From Lytechinus pictus (lineage: Eukaryota), in the NCBI RefSeq assembly GCF_037042905.1, contig NC_087245.1, positions 22,508,001 through 22,572,000 on the forward strand: 64,000 nucleotides of DNA, in the 5' to 3' direction. Of this stretch, positions 1-12,700 are shown piece after piece (the stretch's first letter is position 1; each line of letters opens with the position of its first letter). The position numbers were made by a program, and so were the translations under genes. Under the pieces are notes generated by a model. The model was given only the letters and a program-made list of their open reading frames with translations. It searched no databases and was not told where the DNA came from.

Positions 1-3000
1 CCGTACGCTTACAGCATGCATAGGGTAACGATGCTGTGATTTCAAACGATTTGAAACATTACAACACTTTCGAAGATGCGAAAATGATGGATGGAGAAAA
101 CTTCCGAAGTAGACTTAATATGTTTAAGACATGTAAGATGAAAACAATAAATTGTTTCTTTGTTTCTGAAATTTGATGGCCTAATTTGTCTGAAGTTTAG
201 GCCTGTGGGCTGCTACACCGAAATGCCCCAAATAGGCCTATATACGTTGGGACAACATCCATTCTTCGTCAGCCCCACCCTGGAAAAAAACTCGAGAATA
301 TCGGCCTTCGTGGGCACACTACAACAATAATCCTCAACAAAGAAAGATGAACAGAAGACGAAATGCGGGCAGAGGAGGTCGAGCAACCGGTCGCCCGTCC
401 CGGCAGCAGCCCGACACCTATCTCTTGAAAGGCCGTTGGCTGACAGCTGTCTTGGTCGTCCGTATTCAAACAACATAAACTCTTTTTGATTTTCTCCTCC
501 AAATAGGTGCGCTGTACAAACAGATTTTCCGTTATTTTGGGCAGCTGCTTGGTAGTCTCATGTCACCCTTCACTTTACAGACCCGTCAAAACTCCATCAA
601 TGACTCCGTACTGGAATGATCCCACTCGACGCTTACAATGTTCATGCCTGTACTAAGTTGGCTCTCGAGAAAACAAATGCTGATAAAATGCCTTAAAAAG
701 TTGGTAACGCTCATCGTCAACAGGCGATGTTTTCTGTCAGAAACCAACCAACTTCACAAGAATAACAAACTTTCATTAAAAACTTAAACAAAGATTAAAA
801 ATAGAACGACGGCAAATATGGTATAGCATGAACTTCTCATAAACAATAAACATCGTCACCAGAGCAGAGAATGTTCACTTTTTAGCTCTTCAAAAACTCT
901 TTAGATTCTCAATCATAACGTTAATATCTTGACAAGGATTTTACCTTCAGATTTTCGCAATATAATAAAGACAGGTAAAGAAATGCCACATAAATTTGAG
1001 TGAGACGAAACAAGTAAATAGAATTAGCGGGAAACTTGCAGGACATAAAATTATTAGGACGCCCGATACTAACGCTACGTGGGCAAATGCAATCATGTCA
1101 GAAATGAACAATGGTGGAGCGCGACGCCATGCCATCTGGAAAGCGTTTCATGAATACTTTATCATGTTTATAGTAATGGATTTCGCTGACAACTGTTAAA
1201 AGCGACTGTAATCATAGATTCTGATTGGCTGATAGGAAAATACGAACATTTGCAGAAAAAACTCTTTATGAAAAGCTCCCCATAATTTCATGTCGATACG
1301 AGTCTTATCGTATTACCGATGAGTGCAAGATGCAAAACGTTGAGGTTGCCGTTCAAACGATTTCATTTCGCTCGATCTAGAATCGCGGTAACGTGGACCT
1401 TACTGTTTTCAAGGTGTCATCAATTTGCGAAAAAAAAACCCATAGATTAAATGAAATGACAAGAAACCCGACACTGATTCCAATTATGATATGATTCCTA
1501 TATATACCATCCCATTCAACTAGTTCGTCAAACAGAGGAAAAATATTTTCCATTTTAAGTTATTGACGGCTATCATAGTAATCTGACGCTACAGGTATTA
1601 CATCGATGATACTACCTCTTTCAAAAGTTCTGAGGGTCACATGACTCTGTCCCATTTGCCTTTTTCTAGTCATCATATTATATATTAATGTTGACGAATA
1701 TGATTGCGTTTGAAAAGAATATTGGCAGATGACGTTCCAATAAATCCAATTCAATCACAAAATCATCCGATATCTAAACCGTGTTATTTGCTGAATTAAA
1801 AACACACTTTATCATACATGCCATCTCATTCTTGGTCGGTGAAGGTGTGACGAGTAGATACAAATGACACCAATAGCGTGAGCGATCATGTCCAAAATAG
1901 TGTGACGTCATCTGTATTTGTCGTTTGTCCATGCGGGTGACCAAGGGCGCTCAAGGGCAAACCCGCGGTCATCGAGGTGTCCGTGCCATTGTGGACGAAG
2001 ATACACTTCACTCGTCGAATCGACCTCCAGCCATTGTAGTCAAGCGATTATCAAGGGACTTCATTGAAAAGGTAAACAAACTCAAAGTCAAACAAGATGA
2101 CAGCTGACGAGGTGCCTTCTTTTATTCCCAGTTTTGACGAAATCAAAGAGTGTTCGATGGATAACCCAACGATCTGGGGGTCATTAAGCTAATAATATAT
2201 CGTCGACAGCCAGTTAATCTACATCCAGGCGATGTCAGTTCGATAAGAGTCACGATTTCTCAGAACGAAGTTTGACAGCTATTCGCTGGCTTCCAACAAA
2301 ACAAATAACTTGGCTATCAGAAGTTCAGCTGATCTATGCTAGTAATATCCTAAGTGCGATTGAATTGGCACGCTTGGACCAGGGAGTGCCAGATATCACA
2401 ACATACTGTAATGTCATAATAAGTTATGTAGTTTAGTTTTCGTCGGGGTATTGATGATTTTCATTGAAATTATCGGGTATCGGATCGTTGACGAACTACA
2501 GCGATGTTGAAAGACGATCTGAAAAAAAAATCTGATATGATTTTAAAACAATGTACATTTCAATGCTCGTAGTTTATTTAATAAACTTCTTCGTCAAAAC
2601 CGTCGCAGCGATCTTCAGAAATTTTTTCATTTAAGTTCATAAAGTAACAAAGAAGTGACAAAGAATGAAATTGGAATTATATACATGGTGTGCCTTAATC
2701 GACATTATGTTTTTAACTGTCATAACTAAACATCTCTCTGCGACTCTCGTCAACAGCACCCTTCGTAATGCAATTCTCAAATAAAATACACTGTATCTTT
2801 GGAAGTAAGTGACCTCATTAGAATAAAACTGAAAATTAGCATATCTTATGATGACATGTGACAAGCTCGCTAACGTCTGATTCGTCAGCCAATCGCCCAG
2901 CACCCGTTGGTGGATAAGGGTTGCCATTTGGGACGCGCCGCTGCCTTTTTGTTCTCCAACTTCCCAAGAATAGACGAAATTTTATTAAATTGTCTTTTAC

Positions 3001-3014
3001 CTTGCACGGACTAT

Positions 3015-3480
3015 TGAGGGAAGAGAGGGGAGATTGAGACGGAGTGAGGGAGAGGGGATCAATTGCGAGAGGGGATGTCGGGTAGCGGGGGTACGGTAGA
3101 CGGAATGGAGAAGTGCGAGGAGGGGGGGGGGGATAGGATGGTAGATTTGGGAGTTGAAAATGATGTATACAAGCATGTAAAGCAAGGGAAGAAATGCGAT
3201 AAAGTGTTGGCTGCCAGTGGGAAGATAAGAAGAGTGTAGAGATATCGAGCGGAGCGAGAGAGATGGATGGGGGATGGGGGTAGGATGCGAGACAGGATGG
3301 GAAAAACGGGAGAGCTCGAGAGTGGTAAGAAGTCTGGTAAAGAAGTCAGATAAACATTAGAAAATGAGTAGACCGAGGGGAAGGGTGGATGATTGGTATG
3401 ATGAATTGCATTGAAAGACGCGAAATAGTGAAATAGAAACAACCATAAAGACTGAAGAGATAAGAGAGAGAGAGGTGGAA
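3015..3480 (+). repeat. Purine-rich (GA) low-complexity tract
   Basis: Strong G/A bias on +; a similar tract lies at ~49670-49850. Confidence 0.7.
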
Positions 3481-4428
3481 TCGTCGCAGTTGCAAATTGA
3501 TGAAGTGCCTAGCATTTGCCTAGAGATGGGGCCTAGATGTACAGTGGGTGAATGTCGATATCATTTACAACCTAGGTGTTGACTCAAAGAATACCAGACC
3601 CATCACAAATGGAAAATACTGACGGTTCACTTTGTTGTTTCACTCCAAATCCAAGTGAAACATCACGAAACGGCGCTGCCGTAGACATATCAAGCCGCCT
3701 GGAAATCAGCATCAAGACAATGTGCATAGACGCCACACGCTGCGCTGTCGGTAAGGGCATGAATGTCGCCGTAGTACATCCATAGTGAAAGCCAAGGCGA
3801 CGCACACGTGCATTTTAAAGGGTTTGGTCGGCATAGAGCTAAGAGCCTCTGATATCAAGGCACATTAAATTATATATTCACTACCTCTACAAGACAGTGT
3901 CCCCAAATGAAATAGAGAAAAGTCAATCACCGTCATTATATCGGCAACAAACGGCTACAAATTATCTCCCAATTACACTCTACAATCTCGAATAAGTTCT
4001 CTGTACCTATTTAGAAATGATTTTCATTAAAACGTCTTGATGTTATCACCTGAACCAACATTAATCGTAATCCAATCGTCATTAATCTTAATCCACTCGT
4101 AATGAATATTTATCAGATCGTCATAAATCTTAATTCCGATCGTCAAAAATATAACAAGAACTTCATTTGTCTTTCTCATATTCATTCGTCTATGTACCTC
4201 CCAAAGCTGTTGTGTTTTTCTTAAATTATAAATAAATTCTTTGAAAAGTCTTGGTGTTATTGCCTGTTTCTTTATCAATCTTAACCCGATCGTCATCATA
4301 AAAGTAAAACGAAACCTTAAGGCATTTTCACGTCCATGTCGCTAATTATACGAATATCGGTGAGCTACACAACATTTTAAGACCGATGGCATGCACATTA
4401 GTCTATAACGTGAAAGGTGAATACCTCA

Positions 4429-4583
4429 GGAGCGTTACATGAAAGGATTATTTTTTCGTCTCTGTTATCCGACTGCTTCCATCAAGCAGTCAGAAACGTG
4501 TGCCTCTCAGCCAATCAAAACCAAGGAAAGATGTCAGATATAATTACTCATCAGACGACAAAACGATGTTGATGAAGCGCTCC
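4429..4583. mobile_element. Same GGAGCG-TIR MITE family; a related decayed copy is at ~1138-1281
   Basis: GGAGCGTTACATGAAAGG...CAGCCAATCAAAACCAAGGAAAG...GATGAAGCGCTCC. Confidence 0.65.
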
Positions 4584-4744
4584 TTTGAAAGTGAGTTAAC
4601 ATTTATAGTTTATAGTTTACTCCTTCTTAATTTAGCTATTCCAAAATAAACCTCGATTTCGCCAATATCGAGCTGATTCGGGGGTGTGAGGATGTGATCG
4701 ATTTTTCTGTTATCCCTGCCCATTTCTATTTTCCGATCCCAGAT

Positions 4745-4896
4745 GGGTGTTTAATAAAGCTGTTCGTAAGTTAAGAGCGACCTTAAGAACGGCTGGTGAC
4801 TCTTTCTTACGCGCTAAATAATCCCCAATGAACATTTAAGCACCAGTCATTCTTAAAGTCACTCTTAACGTACGAACAGCTTTGTGAAATGGCCCC
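4745..4896. mobile_element. Short hairpin MITE
   Basis: About 50-bp imperfect TIRs: AAAGCTGTTCGTAAGTTAAGAGCGACCTTAAGAACGGCTGGTG / CACCAGTCATTCTTAAAGTCACTCTTAACGTACGAACAGCTTT. Confidence 0.7.
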
Positions 4897-7049
4897 CACC
4901 ATGTCACTGTTTCTTACTTTCTACCTCCTTCCTATAATTGGTGTATTATTCTGCCAAAATTCAACATCAAGTGGGGATTCCTTATGAGTTCGCCATACCA
5001 GCTGGGGGGGGGGGGTGTAAGGAATGTCAAATCAGATGGGTGTTAGTTCCAATTCATTTTAGGTATACCTTACTTTTATTTAATGTTAGATAATAGGATA
5101 CTATTAAAAGAAAAATTGATTTTTTTTTCTTCAAAATATGGTTATATATTTGGCAACTGACTTAAATGGTTGTTTTAGTTTAGATTAACTATAACTTTGT
5201 GAAAAAAATGATGGTTAATCTAATTCTAAGTGTTTCAAGACATCAGGGTTATCGTCATAAAAAACTAACTAAAATGTAACTTTGATATTATGTTATGCTA
5301 AAATCACAATTAAGGTTTCCGGCAAACTTATACCGTAATATTCATAAGACATTTTTTCGAAATGGGTTTAACAAAGCCACGATGGACACCATACCTTCTA
5401 TTGAAGCACTGGACTGAAAATTATATATATATTCTAAAGAATAATGTATGCCCCATGAAATGATTTTTTGAATTATGCAAACAGAATTCAATTGAGTTTT
5501 ACTTTTTTCAAGAATTGTGAAAAAGAAACGCGTATTAATCAATACGGTTTCAAAAAGAATTAACTATTCTCTAAATCTTCCATCAAAGAAACTTTGCTGA
5601 CGGTGCACATGGTTCTAGTTCAGGAAGTACCAGTAGAATCATATTGATTATTCTGTTTCATCATGCAAACTTGGAAGGAGTGGGACTGCTCCAGGAGTCG
5701 ACCCAGTGCTTATTAAATAATGGTACCGGATGTAAAATGTTATAGGCGATTGACGGCCGCCCGGAATTGAACCTTTTCTTGATAGAAGAACCATCGAAAG
5801 ATGAAGCACATTTTGACGGCGGAAATGACGTGTATGAGGCAACGGCGCTGAATTTTAAGGAAATTAAAAGGGTTTTACAATAAGCAGTACCCAGGACTGA
5901 TAACATAATTTAAGAAATATAATTTGGGTTTGATGTGTGGCAAATTGAGTTGATAATGTATTATGGGGCATGGATACTTTTTTGAATTCAGAATGGGAAT
6001 ACAACCAAATGAAATAGGATGAAACATTCAATCTATCAATCATTTAGATGGAAAACTCCTGAAACAACTTTACAAACACGTCGATATCAGTTTGGGATAG
6101 GAGGCAACATGGCCTCTTCATTTATGAATAAGGAGTTTTGTTTACCAGGGATCCTTATGTTTAAAACCAATCGGCATGCAAAGATGATGACTGGGTGGAT
6201 ATCCGTCACAATAATAACTTTATATTTATTGGTGCTGTCGCAAGACTCGTAGCTTGTGCATCAGGTTTCTTGTATGATCTTTTGACTTCCCGGTCAAGCA
6301 GAGAGCTTTCTTCGACGTTATTTATTTTTACTTGGCGTGATTGAACGAGAATTCATAACGAAATTGAAACCCACCAGGCATAGAATTGCCAACAGTTGAA
6401 ATAAAATAGCTCGATCTTATCACGGTCCTCAGATATGAAGAAACACTATGTGACTGATAAAACTTTGTTAAAGTTCATGAAACTAAAAGAATTGACATAA
6501 TGTAATGAAGTAGACAATGGCACAACTTTGGAGGTCAACATCATTAATTTTTGATAACTTCAAAATGATAGTTCTCGGTCCTTAGGGACCAAACATCACC
6601 AACCGTTAACATTTAAACATCAATTCATTGAAGTCATCATGCTTAAGGAGAATAATGGTGTTCAAAGGCAAATATTTATTCTTCATGGGTGTAGTTCATT
6701 TATTTTTCTCTCTCTCGGTCAAACTTCGTCATCGTACGATAAGCCAACTTTGCGACGCCGGAGCTAATTCGGCACGGCGAACAGTGAGCGCTTTCGTCAA
6801 CATTCTAAACAAATGCGTCCCAGACAGGACCATACTGTTTCATGAGTACCCCTTTCCTGAAAAAAAGGGGGAGTAAAAAGCCGGGCTCGACCTCCGCTGG
6901 ACTTAGAGTGAGAATTTTTGAAACTCGACAAGCCGCAGCGCTTTATCCACAATGGCCGAGCCAGTTGAGCGCCGAACTTATACTGGCGGAGTGCGTTGTG
7001 GCACGCGCTCACATCCCCGCACCTTGCTAACAAAGCCGTTCGTACAAAC

Positions 7050-7242
7050 GGCAACTCCGTGTGTAGAAGATCAGAAAGAGGCCGAGCGCCATACTTTGCT
7101 ATACCATCGTCAAACCGGCGTGTCTCGATACCAGATTTTCACTCTGTAAATCAGTTTATTGCCAAAATAACCCCGAGTTTTTCGCATGAGAAGAAGCAGA
7201 ATTTCCGATAGCCTGTATTGGAGGGATTCTTGTGTTTTGGAG
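7050..7242 (+). other. Probable non-coding first exon of the ZNF800-like gene (5' end approximate)
   Basis: CpG-rich segment ending in a consensus donor GAG|GTGAGT at 7242/7243. CpG content collapses shortly downstream. The next clear acceptor on + is 19019. Confidence 0.5.
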
Positions 7243-8654
7243 GTGAGTTGAGATTGGATTTTTTTTACGTTTTTCTGTCGTGTTGTCGACTCGTTTCGAG
7301 GCGGCTGGCTGTAGACGCACTGCGTCATGGCACGTACAAATTTGTGTGTCGAATGTTGTCAAAACGATGGCCAACATGACAGATGTTGCAGCTAAATTTG
7401 CATACGAGCTCGACGATTGTTAATTCATCAACACCGGTATGTTTTCTGAGGGATGTTAGTCTCGACTTAGGTCGGTCTTCTATTACCACTGGTGCTCGCC
7501 TCTAGTGATATTAAGGCCATTTTTCTTTCGTCTACCGAGTGCTTCCGCCGACTTTTTCCACACGGGCAAACAATGCGTGCAGAATTAATGAGAGAGCATA
7601 GCGTCCATTTTGCGTGTGTGCCTCAAGTCATAAATCGGCTGTGTTGCATGGGCGTGTGTACAAGCTATATCCAGACTCCTGTCTCATTCTCCAACCCTTT
7701 CTTAAATTAATACAGGATATGTGATGTCTGATATTTGTGTTCTTATTGTTTATCATATGCTTAGTAGTTGAACTTAAAGGTTGATGTCTTGCAAACTTGG
7801 TTAGTTGGTAATTTTGTCCCCTAACCTTATTCTTCAAGAGTTCAGTCTGTGGCTCTGTTGCAACCTTGGCCCTGCTTGTTCTAAATACTGTTCTAAACAG
7901 TTTGCTGCTGGTGTTGTCAGCTCATAGTGACAGAGCAGCATCCTGTTATTCCCTCTTTCAAAATAATAAACATTTTATTTTGTAGATTAACTTCTAATTT
8001 CTATTTTTTTATAAAACAAAAGAAAGGTGACTGAAATATTAGTTAATTAGTTTCTTTCCTAATCCTGAGTTGAGCTTGAAGAATATCATCCAGAACTTTA
8101 CAACTTTAATTTTCAAAAGTATTACTTTCCTAAATTTCTGATCCATTATTAAACATTTCAATTTTGTAATTTTGATTTTAACTCATGCTTGTAAATCAGA
8201 TATTTTTTAGTTAAAAATAAAAAGAAATCAAGAAATATGGCCTAATATTGAGTTTTAATTCTGGGCTGGACCTCACCTGGAGCGGTCTTCCTCCTATAAT
8301 GAGACCCTACTTCAATGCATTTTGAAAGTATAATAATGTTAGCACAAGACCATTGTGAATTTTCCACACTTCTTTAATACGGTACTATTTTCCTTTGATA
8401 CCTTATTTTTACAACTTTTCATAATATCTGGTGAGTCTAGGGGAGGGGCCTTTGTGTGATGCAGTATAACATGTGATGCATAGTTGTTAAAGTTTCATTT
8501 TCTTACTGGTTTTTGTCATAAAGAAAATGAAAAATGACAGTTCTGACCAGATGTAGTGGTGTGAGCGATTATTCAAATACCCCCCATCATCTCTGCTCAT
8601 AGCATTACTTTACCATGAAGTTGTGGGGGGGGGGGGGTCTAAATTTTTAGATGT

Positions 8655-9222
8655 TCAAAGTTAAGTTTACCCCACCAATACATAGAGGAAAATAAAACTA
8701 GGATGAATTAATGCTATCATATAAATTTCATCAAAATCAGATGTGAAATAAAGTTATGGAATCATGGTTCACATATTTTCACCTAACAGTCATGTACACA
8801 ACATGGGTCATTGCAGATGAGAGAGTCCATTAGGTCACACATTAACCATTCTTGTATTTTATGAAATGAAGTATAAAATATTCTTGCCGATTGACAATAA
8901 GAAATCTCATGATTGGATAACAAAAGGTAACAATGTCAAAAAAATCAGCATGTTCATGGAGGAATCAAATTACATTTTTCATTATAGAGGAGAAAATGAA
9001 GAAATAGTATGACACCATCAGTTACATGTATCTCATCTGCATTTTGCCGGTGTTATACACATATAATTGTTTTATGAAATTATGAATAAAACTTTTAAAA
9101 CGTCATTATGCCATTTGTTATTTTACATCCGATTTTTATGATAATTTTAGCTTTGTGTTGCTCAATATTTCTTTAAAATATTCAAAGAAATCCACTTGTT
9201 GTTTTGGCTTGATGTGGCATTC
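8655..9222. mobile_element. Old degenerate copy of the Kolobok-like MITE family
   Basis: Contains aaatttcatcaaaatcagatgtgaaataaagttatg and the reverse ttttacatccgattttt; the termini are decayed. Confidence 0.5.
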
Positions 9223-9757
9223 AAAATGTGCCAATTCTTAGGTATGAAATTTTTTTTCTTCAATTAAAAGAATTTACTTTTAAAAATGGACTAAAATACA
9301 GAATCTGCATAAAATGGAGGTTGTGTTTAAGATTTTCAAGAAAATTTGACCCATTTTCTGCATTTAATTTGGGATGGTTATCTGTATTTGGGTGTACAAA
9401 TAAGACTACTTTCAATTATTTTGTTTTATCGTTAACAGTATGTTTAATTAATAGAATTTAAAATTCATTTGTTCTGACATGTAATCTTTCATAAGCTTTG
9501 GGGAAATGCAGGAAGTGGTTTCATACTTCAAAAAAAAAAAAAAGAATCGGTCAATGTGGCAGCCAAATGTGTACTTTTGTTGTCAGATTTGTTATAGTCC
9601 GAACTGGATGTACATGTACATTGTACTTGTATGTCTGCAGATTTCGAAGCCACTAACCAACATAGATGACTGCCAGAGGCATTGTTTTTCAGGTTTTTTG
9701 TGTCCATCAGGTTTTTGTTCTCATATTAAATAAAGAATCGTGGCCAACATCAAACTT

Positions 9758-12700
9758 TAGTCCGGGTTATAATTGAGCAAGGTGCCACAAGAAAAAGGAG
9801 AAATTTTCATATAGTGCTTCTAGACCAGTTTTTTACGCTGAATATGAATATATGAGGTAACCAGGCTATATCCTGAAAATTAACCAGTGAGGGCGCTTTT
9901 TTCAAAATGGCCGCCAAATTTTCAGAACATTTGAATTTTCGTACATAGATTTTGACATAAATATTCCATTGCCACAAAATTAGTGTCATATGAAAGACAA
10001 ATAAATTTTCTACAATTTGGTACTATTTATAGGGGATAAGTAGGTCATTTGGCTGAGATTTTAAGTAGAAAACTGCATTTTTTGTCATTTTTTCCCAAAA
10101 ATTGAAAATTTAGCAAATACATGATTTTACATAATTCTGAGAAAAATGAATGAATTACCTTGAAATGTTCCAGAAAACTTTATTGACATACTATTATCAT
10201 GTGGATGAAATTCCAACTCTGTATCATTCTTCTTAGCAAATTTATAAGGTATCAAACTTGAATACTTCAATTTCAGAAATGTCGCTTTTTGTATGCATTT
10301 CCATAGACTAATACGTATAACATGTACATGTATAATATGTATAATGTATAGTTTAATAAAATTTAAAGGCAATTATCTCCGCTTTTTAACCACTTGGAGA
10401 GTTAAGAGTAGGCTTTTCTCTATCAGCTACATAAAACAAAATGTTGGCACATCGAGGCCTAACACTCTCATGGGGTGGGGGTGTCGAAGCCCCCCCCCCC
10501 ACCCCCTTTGGCTATATCATGTTGTTGTATATTGCCTATTGGAAAATCACTATTTTTTGAAGCACCCATTGAGGCAAAAGGCATTTCTGCTATACAGTAC
10601 AGCCATTTTAATTACTTTGAAACCACTTGGAGAGGAAAAGAGTAAGCTTTGTCATGTTTGTTCTACCAGCTATATCAAAAGAAGTGGCACGTACATCGAA
10701 GCCAACCCCTCTCGGGGGGAGGGCGCTGGGGAAGTCACCCCTCCCCCTTTTGCTTATTGCCAATGTATTTGGAAATTCACCATTTTGGACCCAACATTGA
10801 GGCAAAAAAGCGTTTGTGCTTTATAGTATTTTATCAATTTGAGAGAGTAGAGTTTGTTCTACCAGCTACACTAAAAGCGCTAGCACATCGAACCCTAGCC
10901 CTCTCATGGGCTGTCTAAGTCACCCCCTCCTCTATATCATGTATGTTGCCTATTTATTGGAAATTTCACCATTTTGGATCACCCATTGAGGCATAAGGGC
11001 GTTTCTATATCATACAGCCAATTTTATTTTCTTGCAATTACTTTGAGAGAAAAGCGTAGGCTTTGCTCTATCAGCTACAAATTATTAAGAAGCGCTGGCA
11101 CATCGAAAAATATCCCTCTCAGGCGCTGTCTAAGTCAACCCCTCCCCCTCTATATCATGTATATTGCCTATTTATTGGAAATTACACCATTTTGAATCAC
11201 CCATTGAGGCAAAAGTGCGTTTCTACTATATAGCCAATTTCATTTTCTTGCAATGACTTGTAGAGGAAAGAGTAGGCTTTGCTCTATCAGCTGCATATAA
11301 ACAAGTGCTGGCAAAGAAAAGCCTACTCCTTCCGGGATGCTGTTGAAATCACCCCATCCCTTTTGCATTATAGCATATTTATTGAAAAATTCACCATTTT
11401 GGAGCCCCCATTTAGGCAAAAAGGCGTTTCTGATATAGTTCTGCCACTTTTACTGCCTTGAAACCACTTAGGGAGGAAAGAATAGGATTTGCTTTATCAG
11501 CCACATATAAAGAAGTGCTGGCAAATAAAAGCCTACCCCCTCCGGGAGGCTGTTGAAATCACCCCACCCCTTTTGCATTATTGCCTATTTATTGGAAAAT
11601 TCACCATTTTGGAGCCCCCATTTAGGCAAAAAGGCATTTCTGATATAGTTCTGCCACTATTACTGCCTTGAAACCACTTAGGGAGTAAAGAATAGGTTTT
11701 GCTTTATCAGCTACATAAAAAGATGTGCTGGCAAATAAAAGCCTACTCCCTTTAGGGGACTGTCGAAATTACCCCCCCCCCCCTTGAAATTCACCATTTT
11801 GGAGCCTCCATTGAGGAAAAAAGGCGTTTATGATATATAGTTCTGCCACTTTTAAATCATTGAAACCACTTAGGGAGGAAAGAATAAGTTTTGCTTTATC
11901 AGCCACATATAAAAAAGTGCAGGCAAACAGCAGGAGGCTGTCGAAATCACCCATCCCTTTTGCATTATTGCCTATTTATTGAAAAAATCACCACTTTGGA
12001 GCCCCCATTGGGGCAGAAAGTCATTTCTGATTATGTTTCTGCCTTGTTTCACCCTTGAAAACTCTTGGAGAGAAAAAATAGGCTTTGCTACATATAAAGA
12101 CATGCTCGCAAATAAAAGCCTAGTATCCCCATCAGAGGGCTGTTGAAATCACCCCACCCTTTTTCATTATTGCTTATTTATTGGAAAATTCACCATTTTG
12201 GAGCCCTCATTGAGGCAAAAAGGCGGTTCTGATATATAGTTCTACCACTATTACCGCCTTGAAACTACTTGGAGAGGAAAGAGTAGGCTTTCCTCTAACA
12301 GCTACATATAAAGAAGTGGCTCTACTATATACCAGAAACACTTTTTTGCCTCAATGGGGCTCCAAAATGGCGAGTTTTCCAATGAATTGGAAAAAATCGT
12401 GAAAAAGGTGGGGTAACATCTATATAGTCCCCTGAAGTGGGTCAGGCTTCGATATGGCAGCAATTCGTTATATATAGCTGAAAGATGGGAACCTAATCTT
12501 TCCTCTCCAAGTGGTTTCAGGAAAATGAAATTGGGTGTTTTATACAGCAGGGCTCAAAAATTGTGAATTTTCAAATAATTAGGCAATAATGCAAGAGGGG
12601 TGGGGTGATTTGACAGCCGCCAAGATAGGTAAGCTTCAATGTGCCAGCACTTCTTTGTAGAGCAAAGCATATTCTTTCCTCCTTAATTGGTTTCAAGGCA

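Larger units (their letters stand above)
1..7700. promoter_or_regulatory. CpG-retaining (likely unmethylated) promoter/intergenic domain; perfect CRE TGACGTCA at 1903-1910
   Basis: CG dinucleotides are visibly frequent in 1-7700 (densest at ~270-720, 1860-2500 and 6700-7650) and rare in most of the rest of the window outside young elements. This matches invertebrate mosaic gene-body methylation. Confidence 0.55.

Noticed and set aside
3059..3442. 127-aa Pro/Ser/Leu-rich minus-strand ORF
   Set aside because: Antisense read of a GA-rich low-complexity tract.
4027..4299. 90-aa minus-strand ORF with a DDLINI/DDWITI periodicity
   Set aside because: Degenerate ~21-bp low-complexity repeat with no recognisable domain or splice support.
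5580..6300. Protein-like fragments (e.g. IDGRPELNLFLIEEPSK) as a pseudogene
   Set aside because: Short, interrupted by stops and not recognisable; it would need a tBLASTx hit.
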